NCBI RefSeq assembly: GCF_003704095.1
Contig: NW_020846276.1
Coordinates: forward strand, 124,001 to 188,000
Source of the DNA: Pocillopora damicornis
Lineage: Eukaryota
DNA: 64,000 nt
Direction of reading: 5' to 3'
A program made the position numbers and the translations under genes. This document shows positions 1 to 14,300 of this stretch, one piece after another. The stretch's first letter is position 1; each line of letters opens with the position of its first letter. The notes under the pieces are model-generated. The model searched no databases. It saw only the letters and a list, made by a program, of their open reading frames with translations, and was not told where the DNA came from.

Positions 1-121
1 TAGCTGACCGTCACTCACCCCCCTCGGTACAAATTTCTTTCTCTCCCCAGCCTTCCGCCGCTGTAAAAAGATAATAATACTAAGCACTCAACCGCCAAAA
101 TTACGCCTGCTCTGCGAGCTA
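1..121. repeat. Right end of a probable short interspersed (MITE-like) repeat, truncated by the window edge
   Basis: GC-richer block ending ...aaaattacgcctgctctgcgagcta, then an abrupt change to AT-rich DNA. It resembles repeat ends I recall from coral genomes; no second copy in the window. Confidence 0.3.
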
Positions 122-2839
122 AGCGCGTTCAGTTCTCGCTATTGTATAAAATAAACATTTTATCTGATTAATATATCAGCTTATTCGATTTTCCCAAAAT
201 TGATTTTGAACATAGGCGAGAAAGAGCTCAATTGTACACCCTCAGAATCTACTGAACTCTACCAAAAAAATTGTTGAAGTTATTTCAATTTATCATTTAG
301 AGTTGCTGTGTCGTTGTTTACCGGTTTCCTGAGAGAAAAATGAGACGTTTTGTTTTATCGTGATCAGTTCAGTAGTAAAGGACATCGGATTCGAATGAGA
401 TAAGATTCTAGGAAAAATATGGTCGATGAGATATTAAGAATTCTCTTAATAATGCAAAGAGAAACTTTCGAACTGAACAGCATCTATGCAAAGGTTTCTT
501 ACGACATGCATGGACCAGAACGGGAAAATTCCTGGATCGCCAAATGTCATAAAGCTTTCACTCCCGTGATTGACCAAGGATACATTTCTCCTTACGATAT
601 CAATAGAGTTTCAAGTAGAGAGATTATGAGAAATAGGGATATCATCAACTCGGGGTATTGTTTTAATCAACATTAGATAGTTAGAGCTAATACCATAAAA
701 AAAAACTGTATAGCTGAGAGTGTGGAGAATTGGCATTTACATCCTGAAAGTAGGAAGGTTTTGAGAGATTATGACAGCGTTGCGTGATACGAAAACGTTT
801 CCTTCTTTTCTTTAAGGTCTTCTGCGAAAAATAAACTCTGACATTTTAACTCATTACTTTAAAATTTTAAGAAACAAAATTGGACTTTACCGGTATGTTT
901 TACCTTCTCAGTATGTTGGATGCCTATTTTCTGGTTACTCGACCAATGATTATTTAAATTAAGAACAGGCTGACTTTACCACGAAAGATATTAACCCATT
1001 CAGAAATTACAGAGCATACTGTGAAACTTATCAGTCGCCGGGAAGCTAGCAACATGTAAGTTATTACCATTCAATATTCCCCGATGTTTACTGAAACCGG
1101 AAGGCTGTTAGCATGCACCAGAATAATAAACCACAGATGGAACGAATCTAATTTATGGGCTTATTTTAAATATTTACTGGTGGTTCCTTGTAATATTTTG
1201 ACGTTTTAAAGTGATTAGCAAAAAAGGCTGTGCAATGGCTTTTACTGTTCGTAAGGTAAGTCGATTTTTCTTAACTTTTTGCTTCAAAATTTAGCATAAA
1301 TCTCAAGCTCAACATACTGATATTCATTAAATTTTCATTTGAAAAAGCTTTCTTATGCCAAAATGATTGTGTTTCTATTGTGCAAACTGTTCAAAGAAAT
1401 TAATGAGATCCTGCGTTAGTCGAACAACGTCTTTACATAACTGACGTGAGATAAATGTTGTTATCATAAATTCAATCCCTCCTCCACCGCTATCGAAATA
1501 TGGTGAGTAGAGAATATGTAGGAAAACAATATTTGAAAGACGCTTCTTCCGTTAATGTAAAAAAAAAACTTTTGAAGTAAATTCTTGCAAAACGTATTCT
1601 TTTTAGATTTGTCGCAAAATTATGTTGCTGGGATATCTTTCAAGAATTGAAGTGGCTTTAAGATTTTCGAGACGAAACATATGGTCGAATACGCTTTCGA
1701 AATGCTTCAAAGTAGCTGAAATTATTATTTTTTTTTTGGCAGTAAAAGACGATAGAAAAATACATTAATTTCTCTTGTAATGCAATGATAAGCTAGGAGT
1801 TTCCAAGATACGCCCAATTTTGATAAAAATTTGCTTCAAGTGCAGGTTAAATTAGAAACACTCCGCTTGATAAATTAAATGCTAAACAGCTTTCGACCAG
1901 CTACACGGAGTATTTATGGAACTCAAAGCTATTTTAAAACTATTACAGATGTGCATTTTAACTTTTATTCTATTAAATAATTTACCAGTGGCTCTTTACT
2001 TAGTGCATTTCATTTCGGTTATAAAACAGTTGTATAATATGACATCCACTCTTTATTTTTATGGTTTACCTTAATATTGTTTACTTGGAAAAACCAAATG
2101 TTGAAAACTTTCGTTTATTTTACAAATATTTTAGGGAGTTAATTCAAGGTAAGTTTTGATAACATGCTTCGTATATCTATAGCCTGCATTTCGGACGTGC
2201 TGCGTGAATATTTAATACATGTACCTGCTCAACAAAGCATAGATTACACGCGAACGTATAAAAGACCTGAGCTGATCTTTGCGAAACCACGGCAGCTGAA
2301 AAATTTATATGGGGCGAATAATTTTTGTTAATTTACACTCCCGGCGCTTGAAATTAAAGAAAAGAAACTTCAAAATTTTGAGTACGGTAGATTTAATTAT
2401 GCATGATTCACACGCATCCTGAGTAAAAGAAAACAACTTGAAAAAGCCGACAAAACATAGCGACATGTGTTGATTTCACCAGTTTCGCATCGAATAAATT
2501 TCAAATAATCATAGGTTCTACGTCTGTAGGGAGTTAACAGAATTTTTTTTCAATGCCTTTCATATCAAATAAAGAAATTAATCCCATTACTTCTTGCCTT
2601 TTTTCCTTGAGCACCATGCTAAAAAAAACCAATCATTTTCATTTACATTATTATTCAGATGAGTTTCAAATTAGGAAGCAGGGTAATTTCAATTTTCAGG
2701 GGCTGTAAGTGGAATTTAGGACTGATTTCGGAAAGAAGACCGCAATTTTAACATCATATCACCAATAATACTAAGCTGTTTAACGGATATTGATCCCTCA
2801 GTCCATTCGTGCGATGCCGGATGTAAAATTCCTGGCTTT

Positions 2840-2880
2840 TCATTGGTCATGTGATTTGAGATCGAATTCTGATTGGTTTA
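2840..2880 (+). promoter_or_regulatory. Paired CCAAT boxes (ATTGG) upstream of the 3315 candidate first exon
   Basis: cattggtc and gattggtt about 30 bp apart, roughly 450 bp before ATG 3315. Motif match only. Confidence 0.3.
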
Positions 2881-3314
2881 TCGTTATCCGGTTCAATAGA
2901 TATTCTTAAAGAAATGTCTTGGTCATAAAAATTCTACAGTTTTCATGCTCGTTTTTCTTGTCCGCCACTCGGTAGATTCTTTGTATAGAATTAAAACTGA
3001 GCATATGGCTACATTTTCAATTACGAAGGAAGTTTTCAAGCTTTCTGCCGTTTCGCGCTGAGAAGGTTCTGGATTCAAGAAGATCATAAAAGTTTCCCAC
3101 AGTGTAAAGGCTCTGCCTCTCAGAGGTCGTGTTACTGGGACAAAATCGATGATGCTTTTTTATTCGTTCTTAGTAACAAGTTTTTAAACTCACCACAACA
3201 ACTGCCATGATGTGTCTGAACGGAGGACAACCATACTATTAATAATTGATCGCTGGAAGATTATCGCCTCAGAAGCTTTGAACTATTTCGTGTATGACTG
3301 AGGTCAAGGAAAAT

Positions 3315-6300
3315 ATGGTCGAGAATCAGGTATTGAAAGCATTGGAAATTTTACATCGCTTTAAACATCTGAGAGGTTAAGATGTTTAATTGTTCTCAAT
3401 TTAAGTATGAATTTTTGCGTTACTGGGACTACAGGAAATATCTCCTGTCTCGCATAAGTTTGTGATTTATGTAAGTGCTTTATTCAAATGAAACAACGGC
3501 TGGATAGATGAAAATTTGTATAAACGTTGAGCAAAAAGGTAGGAAAGGTTTATAATGTCGTTTCATGCTTTGTGGTCTACACTTTTCGGATCCGCCGAGC
3601 TGTTGTGCAGAAGTGTATGTTAAGTTGTATAATGAGTTTGTCAGCTGATGGTCTCACATCATATGACTTTCAAACCTGTGTTATCTTTGTCACTGAAATC
3701 TTTTCATATTGGAATATGCAAACCATTGGTGTATTTACACTGTTTTAGATTCGTAAATTGCTTCGCAAGTAAGCAGCTCGGTGTTCTGATCAAAATATTA
3801 CAATTTGAGGGGTTTTCAAGTTATCAATGTCTTTGACTCTGGGAGGTCTACACCGACATGATGAAAAATTAATGCTATAATTGACTAAAGCCACAGAGGC
3901 TTAACAAAACAGAGCCTATGCCATGAAGCAGCCGGAGTTTGGCAAGGAACACGAGCGACTATACAAATATCAGGGAATTAGCAAATCTTGTTAGAGAGAA
4001 ACTGTGACCTTTTCCGCTTTAATGAAAAAGAAATGGTAAGTGGAATTGTGGGTATTTAGCCTTGTGTGACATCATTGAGGCATTTTAGGAATAGAATTTG
4101 GCTGTGGCACATCTAGTTTGGACTTAGCCCATTGATTCCAGGTTGAATAAAAATTTTAGGCGTTGGTTTTTGAGGAGGGAGAAATAACATAGAATTTCGA
4201 GAAAAAATCCTCGAATCAGTGACGAGAACAAACTGTCATATCGAGTGTATGTTATGTTGAATCGTACCCCGGAAGGCAGACGTTCAGTCATTTGCAAGAT
4301 GATTTCGTGATGTAGCTGAAAACGGAGATATTAGGTCATTGCAAATAATTAGTTACAAAAGAAACAAAACGCATCTCTTCGAATTACTTTCAAAATTAGC
4401 TAATCTGTTGTCATACGAACGCTTAAACGATTTAACAACCAAGAAACATGCAGGTGTTTTGGAACTTTAAATTAAATTTGTTTTTTTCAGTTTATTAAGA
4501 TACCTCAACTTCGCCACGATAATAGAATGGTTTCCAAGGAGAAAATATAAGACAATAAATTCTTGATGCATGTGAATTCAACCGTTATTTCAAAAATATT
4601 TACTATTTCGTTATGTAAATTTGTTCCTTTTCTCAAATTACACGACACTGGTTGTTTGACATAAATAAATGATATTTTGAAAGTAATTTGTGTCATGCAA
4701 TTAAAACAATTTTGAAAAAAAGCAAAGCGAATAATGATAACGAACCTATCTGTTTATCGTCATGGATCTAAAACTTGAAGGCATCACTTTAAAGGACTGT
4801 GAATATGTGAACATCATATGTTTGAAGTGCGATTGATTAGTAGATGAAGGAGAGAGTGACCATCACAATAATAAACTCTACTTAAGCAGTAATTGAAACA
4901 AAGCCCGAAAAAAATTTCAGGGTTATTTGAAGATGAGAGTAATTATTGCAGTAATAAACACTACTTAAGCAGTGGTGAAAATAAAGCCCCCAAAAAAATT
5001 CAGGCTCTTTTTAAGATGAGAGTGATAATTGCAGTAATGAACACTACCTAAGCAGTGGTGAAAATTAAGCCTGAAAAAAGGTGAGGCTTGTTTAAGGATG
5101 AGAGTGATAAACCCTTTAACTCCCAAGATCATATTGTCAACTCTCCCCTTTAGCTGCTACATATTTCCTTGTAAATTAGTTAAGAGAATTCGGTGTTAGA
5201 TAAGAATAACAAAAATCTACCTGATAAGTCTGAATATTCTCATCACCTGTTTGCTGGATAATGTAGGAATATTATAGGGAGAAGTTTCATGTTAATCACT
5301 TCTGAGAGTTAAAGCGTTAAGCAGTGGTGAAAATAAAGCCATGGTAACTGTGACAAACCAACTAACATATCTGATCCATGTACTGTTACACATTTATCTT
5401 TCATGTGCGTTTTAAGCTAACCAAGTTCTTATTTTCGTTCATTTCACTTAAGGCTTCCAGTAAATTAACCGAAGAGCAAATAGAAGGTAAGCAAATTCAA
5501 ATTTTTTTAAAAAAATTTACATTTCCCTCATGAGAAGGCCCTGTTAGAGTTTGCATGGGGAAACAGTTTATTTCAGAAAATTAATTAGAGCGCAGTAGGA
5601 GATATCAAAACCCCCCACTGTTCTTCTTAAATATGAATTTGAATAACAGAAAAAATTATTTTCACCCAGACTTTAGGAAAGCGTTCCTACTCTTTGACAA
5701 AGATGGCAACGGAAGAATAACAGCAGACGAACTGAGTGAAGTAATGAGCTCTTTGGGTCAAAGTCCCACGAAGAAAGAGGTTGAAGCAATGATTCAAAAA
5801 GCTGACCAAGACGGTGAGTATGTTCAAAAAGGATCCTTAATGAGTAAATAACTTCATCAACATCTAAAATCGACGGGTTTGGAAATAGTGTGCGTACTGT
5901 TTATCGATCTCTATGAGAAAGATTGCTTAAGAAACGTTAACTTCGTAGCGGCATATTCTATTGGCAATGACTAAGACGGGGTGGGTATCAACAAATAAAT
6001 GAACAAGAATTGTCCCCCCCCTACTGAGTTCCAAACCCCTGTCCGTTCCTTCACCGCTATTGACCAAAATGTTGCTCCTTTCTTCTACTCCGCTTGCATT
6101 TGTTTTTACCCCTTTTCCATGCCTAAAGTAAAACTACGACAAAGAAAGTGTCTCTTTTAATTTAAGGAACTTCACTACGGCAAATTAATACCAGTTTGAT
6201 CCAGTGAAAGACACTTTGAACGCCTCACTTACGTTCCTAGCCCGACACCTTTACTCCGCTGTAAAACCTTTGATGTAGAATTTTATGTTTCTTTCAGGTG

Positions 6301-6851
6301 ACGGTTCCATTGACTTCCTAGAGTTTCTGGAAGTAATGGCCAACAAGATGGGTGAGCACACATTTGAAGACGATCTCAGGGACGCATTTCAACTGTTCGA
6401 CACAGATTGCAACGGCTATATCTCCAAACGAGAATTAACTTTCGTCCTGACGAGCCTAGGGGAACAGATCACTGATGCTGCTGTGGAAAATATGATCAAG
6501 GAAGTAGACCTGGATGGAGACGGCAGGGTAAACTACGAAGGTAATACTTTAGGGTACCGATGCATTACACCGGATAAAAAAAAAGATTGGATAAGGGTGA
6601 TGTCATTGTTGTCCTGACCTTACGGGAGGCCTCTGAAATTCAGTAACATAATCAAATTGAATCAAAATAGACACATACAATGCCAGAGGTACCAATAAAT
6701 CTACAATTCGTCACAGCAATTTTTCAGAACTACTTGGAAATTATTCTTGCATGAAATCTCCAATGCTTCCACTGCATAACTCTCTACAACAAGGATGCTA
6801 ACATATGTTTTCTACATTGTTGCAGAATTCCTACGAATTATGAAGAAATGA
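3315..6851 (+). CDS. Calmodulin-like EF-hand protein (153 aa with this first exon; divergent, not canonical CaM)
   Basis: Exons 3315-3329 (MVENQ; choice of first exon uncertain), 5453-5486 (ASSKLTEEQIE), 5670-5813, 6298-6540 and 6826-6851 (EFLRIMKK*). All introns are GT-AG and in phase. Four EF loops: DKDGNGRITADE, DQDGDGSIDFLE, DTDCNGYISKRE, DLDGDGRVNYEE. Exon layout is typical of calmodulin. Confidence 0.9.
4846..5340. repeat. Tandem array of about 83-bp units derived from a SINE segment, interrupted by a MITE
   Basis: Units start near 4846, 4929, 5012 and 5094 (gatgagagtgataattgcagtaatgaacactacttaagcagtggtgaaaataaagcc...). They are the reverse complement of the SINE segment at 62060-62135. 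Confidence 0.8.
5108..5320. mobile_element. About 210-bp MITE with CCCTTTAACTC terminal inverted repeats and TTAA-like flanks (piggyBac-type, non-autonomous)
   Basis: Left end taaa-ccctttaactccc, right end gagagttaaagcg-ttaa. Internal sequence shared with 9150-9345. Confidence 0.7.
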
Positions 6852-8309
6852 ATCAAACATCAGAGAACAATCTGCCAGCCATTGCAACCTATCTAAGAGT
6901 CAGTTTAATTTAACCTCATTTTAGACCTTCACCTATTCTAAGTATGTAAGGGAGGTCTAACATTTAGGCGATGACGTTTTTTTTCCTTCAAGTTGTACAT
7001 AAAATAGATATGTAAATAACTACTTGTCATACATGAAAGAAATCATGTAGCGCTGTAGGACATATTGACTGATGTGTCTTCTAGAAACTTCAGTATTGGA
7101 GGAATTTCTCGTGTGTGTACTATTCAAGACAGTTACGCGAACCCAAGGCTTCAAAAGAAATAGTCCACGCCTTGTTAATTGGCAGTCTGTGGTATAACCT
7201 TCAATCTATTTCCAATCATAATCCCTCTCTACGGTAAACATGAACGCAAACCGTATTGAACAACCATAGCGTTTGCAAAAGGTAACTATGCGTATGAATA
7301 ATATAATCAAATTGGTAACGAATGAACGGGTCAATCCCGTCTTTGACCTTTTTCTCTGAGCAGAGATGTGTATCACTTATAATGAGTTAATTATTTTCTT
7401 AGTTTCACTTCAAATACCTCCTAAGTCGTAGTAACTTCACTTCACCTGAAAATGTAAATAAGCCGAGCCTTCAAATTTATGTATTAAAGCTTCTTTTTTA
7501 GTGTCTCATCAAATAATGCGGAGAGTGGAGAGCCGTGATCAACCTGGTAACTTACAACTGAGTCAAGATTTGATCGCGTTTTGTTTTGTTTTGTTTCATG
7601 TTCAGTTAAAGTAACAGGGCTGAATTTTGATCACAAATAAGTGCAGAAAGTTAAACTTTAACTTGTCAGTAGTAACCAACAACGAAATGATCTTCATAGG
7701 TTAACAGTGATCAAAGGAACTGCAGAGTACGAAGCTCATGTTTCGACGGGGTTTGCAAATATTACCCCACCCTAAATAGTAGTTGTGTGCTACTAACTGA
7801 GTCACGAAGTCAGACGATGGGAATAAGGGAAATTTTAGAGAGCCGTTTGTTCCCACGGGTATTTTTCGTTATCAGCTGGTTGCGAAACGGGGCTTCCCCC
7901 CTCCCCCAACCAATATCCCTCCGTTTTTAAACAATCTACCATAAACCGGACCAAAACGAAATAATATTATCCCAGGGATGAATGGGATTTTTTTGAGGAA
8001 AGAGGAGCAGGTGATGGTAATTGAAAGTTGTTCATAATGATCGAATACCTCGTAGAGTGAAAAATAACATTTCTTCACTTTCAATTATATTTAATCTTGG
8101 TAGTAAATAACACCATCCGATCGAAGAACTGGAACAAAATTATAAAAATAAGGTTGCTCATGGACTTTCTGTGTGCTCTTACATGACAAGTCTTGAATTA
8201 AGTAGAACCCAGTCCTATGCGCCCTCTGGTTGAAAACAAACATGGCCGTCTGGTAGTTGTTCCGCGGGCATATTGTACATTACTTCAAAACACGCTTTCG
8301 TGAAATAAG

Positions 8310-11300
8310 ATGGCTCGAAGATCCAAAACTAGTTTAGAAAATGAAATAGAGCGTTCACGGTGGGAGGAAAAATGGGAATGTATTCCAAAACTGGTCGATC
8401 AGCTATCGAGTCGGACTACAAGTGAACCAAGTATAGGTGAGTGTTTTTGTTGTCGTTAAGTAAATTCCTTTGTAATTATTAGCTGGATTTTACTCTAAAT
8501 TTTCATCAACATGGATACGGTTTGGTAAAGCTTTTGTTCAATAATTCACAAGTTTAGTGAAGGATTCTGGAAGATTGACGTTTTCAGTCGAAAAATTTTA
8601 CGTGAAATTGAAAAGTATCCCTCCGTCTGCTTTTAGTGTTTACATTCATCATTAAATTATTTCGAAATCTGAGTAATGCTACATCTATATTGACAGACTC
8701 AAAAATATGTCACAAATTTTCCGATTTCATGTGTATCGTCTTTAATTAAAACGTCAATGGGAAGATTCAAGGAAATATTTTTTATTCAGTCGTGCATTCA
8801 AATGTTGTGAGGTTATGTTTGGGAAGTTTAACGGAAGTAGAATCGACTCGCATCAACCTCTTTGGGGTCATTTAGAATTTTGAGTGATGGAGGCTTTTCC
8901 AGGGTTTACTGGTTTTTCAAAGTTTAAAGAGACTGGAGAGAGGTTAATTAAACAAAGTATATTCACTCTGGGGACAGTAGGAGTAACATTTCAGATGACA
9001 CCATCCAATGAATGAGACACATTAATTTAATCTTTAATAGTCGTCAGTGGAAGAGGACTTGCAATACAGAATTTTAAAAACAATGAAACCTTAAATTTCA
9101 TTATGTGGCCAAACTGGATCTCCTACATAAAGCTGTATCATTTACATGTATCTGATCTGATTTTCAACTATCCCCTCTAGCTGCTACACATTTCCTTATA
9201 AAGAAGTTGTGAGAATTTGGTGCTAGATCAAGATAACAATTTTTACCTGATCAATTTTAGTATTCTCATTCTAGTCTGGTAGATAACATGTAGTTATGAT
9301 AGGGAGAAGTTACATGTTTATCACTACTGGGAGTTAAAGGGTTAATTTTCATTTACAGATACAATAAAAAAGTTCCTAATCAGTGAATCCCGGCTTGAAA
9401 TATACCTCAGAGATCATCCTCTTGGAACAACAGATGCTGTTCAGGCTAAGAAAAGTTTAGGGGAAACTATCTCAAATCTTGAAAAACTGGTTTCTCAAGA
9501 TAAGTTGGGAAAGGTATGTAAACAGTAAACAAATGAATCACCAGTTGCCTCGTAAAAGCACTTCATCCACAAAAACAAGGACTGTTTCCCTGAAATCAAC
9601 CATTAATTTTCACATTTTTCAACCACGAGGTTGTGTAAATCACATGGCCTAAAAGTCACTAAAGCAATGGCATGCAATGCATACAAACAACAAAAAAAAT
9701 AAGAAAAACTAAACAAAATGTTAATGTTCAGTCATTACACCAGTAACCAATCAATAAATCAAAAAATAAATAAATGAATGAAGTAATAGATAAAAAGATA
9801 AATACTGTAAACAGATACCTATCCAAATAATTAATGATTTTACCTCCAAGATCAGATTGTTAATTTTTTTCTTTCTTGAACCATAACTTATCTTCTGATT
9901 GAACAGGTAGAGAGGAAACAAGAAGCTTTGTTTTTGCTTTGCAAAGCTCATTTTGTGTTGGAAGACTTTCAGAGTTGTGTAGAATACTGCAAACAAGCTG
10001 GAATGGAAGACATCTACATGGACACACAACTTAAGAGGAAAACAAAACTGGTTGCTGAAGGTTTTGCTCACAAAGGTAACATTCAGCAGCTGATTTTGCA
10101 GACTGATAAATCATATCTCCATGTTATTGTTTTTCATGCACTGATAAGAACAAGTGATTTGGTGTGACACAGAATGCTACATTTCTGGCTCAAGAACTCC
10201 AAATTATTATAAAAGAACCTTGGTTGCCAGGAATAATTGCTTCAGGGATTTGTTGACATTCAGTTTCTCTGGTATGATTGTGTCAACCCTTTTCACTCTA
10301 ATATCAGTATGCAAGTTCTCCACACTCTTCTCTTTACATTTCTCATGGTACAGAGCCAGTGATCATTTCCTTTATTCTTGTGATCTTAATGTTTGAGTCA
10401 AGGGTGATACTGTTGGGAGAATTTAGATGCTTATCACTCTTAGATGCAAAAGGGTTTAAAAGCAAGTTGGTCTTTTCATTTGCAATGATAGCAAAATGCT
10501 CTCCCATCTTGAAAAACATATAACTCTCATTTTACCAGATGTAAAATGTAAGTTGAGAAAAGTCAATGTTGGGAATATTACCAGACAATCCAAAGTTTTA
10601 GCCATGGCATGTTTAGTCAAATGATGCGTGTAGACCAATCATTTAGGAGCAAAATATTAAATGGGTTATAGAAATGTTTTTTATTGACTATGTATCTTAT
10701 ACTCTCAGCAATGGCTCTTGAACAGTTGCAGTCAATTGGAAAGTCAGACATCAGTGATGAGGACATTATTGCTTGTTATGAATGCGCTGGTGACATAGGA
10801 CTCTGGCTAATTACTGACCAGACATCTTCACAAAGGACTGTAACAACATCACAAATGCCAAAGTTAGGAAGAACCTTGGAGATAGCAATTCAAAGGGCCC
10901 CAGTGCTTCTTATCAAGAATGGGTGAGTAATACCCAGGCTTACTCAGATGCACTTTCTGCTGCACATGCAGACTGTTGTGCATGTTAAGTTTGTCCACAC
11001 TATGTTTGTATTACGGGCTCCAAACTCCCCTGTGATGTAATTTAATTTTATTATTAAAAAAGGGAAAGCTCTGATTTTCATTTTAGAGATGAAGTTTAAT
11101 TTATGTCTTTATACTGTAACAGGAAAATTATTGATGGCATCAACAGATTCAGGCACATGTTGAGAGTGGTGGAGACAAGAACTACTCTTGGCTTGAGAAA
11201 GGTAAATGCATTGGCTGACGACTTTTGATCATTGTAGCCCAGTTTTAGGGAGTTTAACAGCCAGTAGCAGCTTGTGATCAAGCCACTTGTGATCAAGCCT

Positions 11301-14300
11301 CTCTTTCTCAAATGTTGTTGTTTTATTTTATTATTATTTTTTTTTAAAAAAACTTAATTGTGTTCAGGGACTAGCCAAACAACTGGCGCAGGTTCTTTTA
11401 CGAGGAGTTTGTGAGAGGAGCTATGAAAAACCTTTAAATTTACTGCCCAGCTCTCCACTGATAAGCTCAACATCATCACTGAAATCAGGATCCAAGATGG
11501 ACTTGAAGGCCACCTCAAGTAATGTTATCACTTGCAAGCATGCAACCTTTCCTCTAAAACCACAAATGTACAATGGAGAAAGGTATGAGATGGGCCTATT
11601 TGTGCCTTTTTTTTTAAGTCCTTCAAGCTGATCTGAGAGTTTTACTGAAATTCTCCCAATGGTGAGGTTTGGTCTAAAAACCAAATGATTTTATCACTTT
11701 CATTTAAAAGTGCACCTGAAATTATGACACAGACTGTTAAGATAACCTTTGGAGAAGTGTCTAAAAATTTGCTCTAAGTTTGACAAGTTTCTCAAAACAT
11801 ACATCTTGTCCAACAAGGATTAGGAATATGGCCAATCCCTGTGGACAGCATTCCAGTCCTTTCATCGTTAAGAATGCCTCAACAATACATGTATGTCAAG
11901 TTTCTTAGGCAGTTTACTGGATCTGATCTATAATTCTTGGAAGAGAGAGACATTTTGTAGAGTGTGTTTTCCAGCTTGCCCAAGAACACAAAATGATGAT
12001 CCTAATCAACTAAACCAGGTCCAGTTGTTTGAGCATGGATAACACTATCCACAGTATAAATCTCTCTCTGGTGGATAGCCCAGTATGTTTTGTTTACACT
12101 TATCTGCTGGATAGTGATTTATCCACTGGGCAGTGTTATCCAGCCTTTATACAACAGGACCCAAGACATTGAAGAGGTGTCCCATACACTGCCTATGAGG
12201 CTACTTTGTTCCCCATGCAATGATGTGTACTTTTTTTTTTCTTGCAGTTTGTTTTTCCCCAGGAATGAAACAGAAGAGAGTTTGCTCCTTTTGCTTTTGG
12301 AGGAGGCTATGGTATGGTTTGTTTAAAACTGAGTTTTTGTTTGTTGGTTTTTTCTGTTGTTTAGAATTGTTATGTTTTTCATGTAGGTTTAAAGATAAGG
12401 TAAATATTGCCTTGTGATAAATTTATTTTCCACCAGATTTAGGTATAATTATTTATTGTTAGTAGTAAATATACTATTTGTAGTAATGTTGTGTAAAATA
12501 CTTCTAACTTGTACTAAAGGGAAGCATGTAATAGCACTGAAGTAACAACCATGATTTTTAAAGTGGATGTGTAACACTGACACTGTGGTCACATACACTT
12601 TACTTGTTTTATGAAGAAGTTGCAATTTCTTTGTTTTGTTCTTGAAATTTGATCAGAAATATTGTTATCTCTTGTTTTAGTTCTGTCCTCTGATTGATTT
12701 TCATTGTTTTGGTGGCCTCAAGCTTATTAGAATACTGTTGAATTTTACTTGTTTGTTTGTTTTTTGGTTTTGTTTTTTCAGGTCTCTAAGGATGCAGAGC
12801 TAAGTCAAGCTCCAGAAAGATCAACAGCTAGGCAACAGACAGTGATAGACTCTGAGAATGCGTACGACTTACTAACAGTGGCACTGGTCAGGAGAGCTCA
12901 GTATGGCATGTTAGCAGAGGTTAGAATGTAGCAATATGTTTTCTAAGAGCACTTTTTCACAGATTGTCAAAATACCAAAACTTCAACAGTAACATAGTCA
13001 TAAGAGCCAATGAGAGCAAAGAAAAAGATGATACCAAATTTTTTTTAATGTGTTTCAGTGTTTTGACAGAGGGATGAAAGTTGCTTTTGAAGAGTTCCAC
13101 CTGTGGTTTCAGTTTGGTTTGTCTCTGATCAGCGCAGGCAAAGTATGTGTTTCCATATCTGAAGTTCATTGTTATTAATCCTTTACACCCTAACATCAGT
13201 ATGCGTATTCTCCATACTGTTCTCTAAACACTTCCAAAGGTGCTGACAAGGAGAATTTGTTTAACAATCAAGAGCTTCTTTAGTTGGTGATCACTTCCTT
13301 TATTCTTGTGACCTTAATGTTTAATTCAGGGGTGATATGGTAAGGAGAAATTAGATGCCAGTCACTCTTAGGGGGTTAAAGAGTTGACAAGCAGTGGACT
13401 ATTTTGACTATGTTTCGCTTTCACGGAAACTAACCAAGAAAATAGGCCTTATTGCCTGATCAATCACTACGAATTTTCAGTAGAATTAAGTCATGAAAAT
13501 TTCCTACTCTGCTACTTGCAGGGAAAGTGGTTGGGGAAGTGATCCAATAGGTTTTTTCGTTGATGTTGTTGTTTCTCGTGAAACTGTTTCACAGTTGTAA
13601 ACAGAGGAGCTTTTTTAACATTGTAAATTGACTTTCTCTACTGCCCTTAGTATCACAGAGCCCTGATGGTTCTCAAACAGTGTCATCAACTTCGACCAGA
13701 GGACTCCTTAGTCTGCCTTTATGCTGCTAAGCTCTGTTTTAACAGCCTTCACATGGTATGAAAATTTGCTTCTCTTATTAATGTACAATGTAGAAATAGG
13801 GTTTGCATATAAATATATGAGAACTCTGATGAAAGAACCCTTTCCATTAGCAGCCTAGCCGTAATAGCGGGGTTAAGTCACTTCAAAATACTACTCTTTG
13901 TAGAAGGAAGTCGAGAAGTACATTAACACGGAACATTTAGGAAGACCGGAATAATATTATTTTGGGGAATTAATTGAATAATTATGTAATGCGACGCATT
14001 TTTTTCCTTACCCAGGATTCATTGTTCCTCTTTCTTTACTTTAAGATATCCAGTGTTTTTTTGGAAGCCATTCCTCATATAGTTAAAACCATTTTTTTAA
14101 TTCTTAACTTGAACAACTGCACTCAGTCAAGTGATCAGAATTGTAGTTTGTTTTCAGTCAAAAGACTCATTAAAGCTAAACGATGCCACGATTAAATTTC
14201 AGTTTTAGTCTTATCGCTATTCGTGATTGCGACGTTGACTGAAGAAAAAAATTGGATGAGAATAAAAAAGACGGAATAAAAAAATTTGGTTGTAATAATT

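Noticed and set aside
419-676. 85-aa ORF
   Set aside because: No recognisable domain; its 3' half overlaps a decayed MITE remnant related to 50423 and 61897.
4846-5110. CRISPR-like array
   Set aside because: Whole units are repeated with no unique spacers, they derive from a SINE, and the context is eukaryotic with no cas genes.
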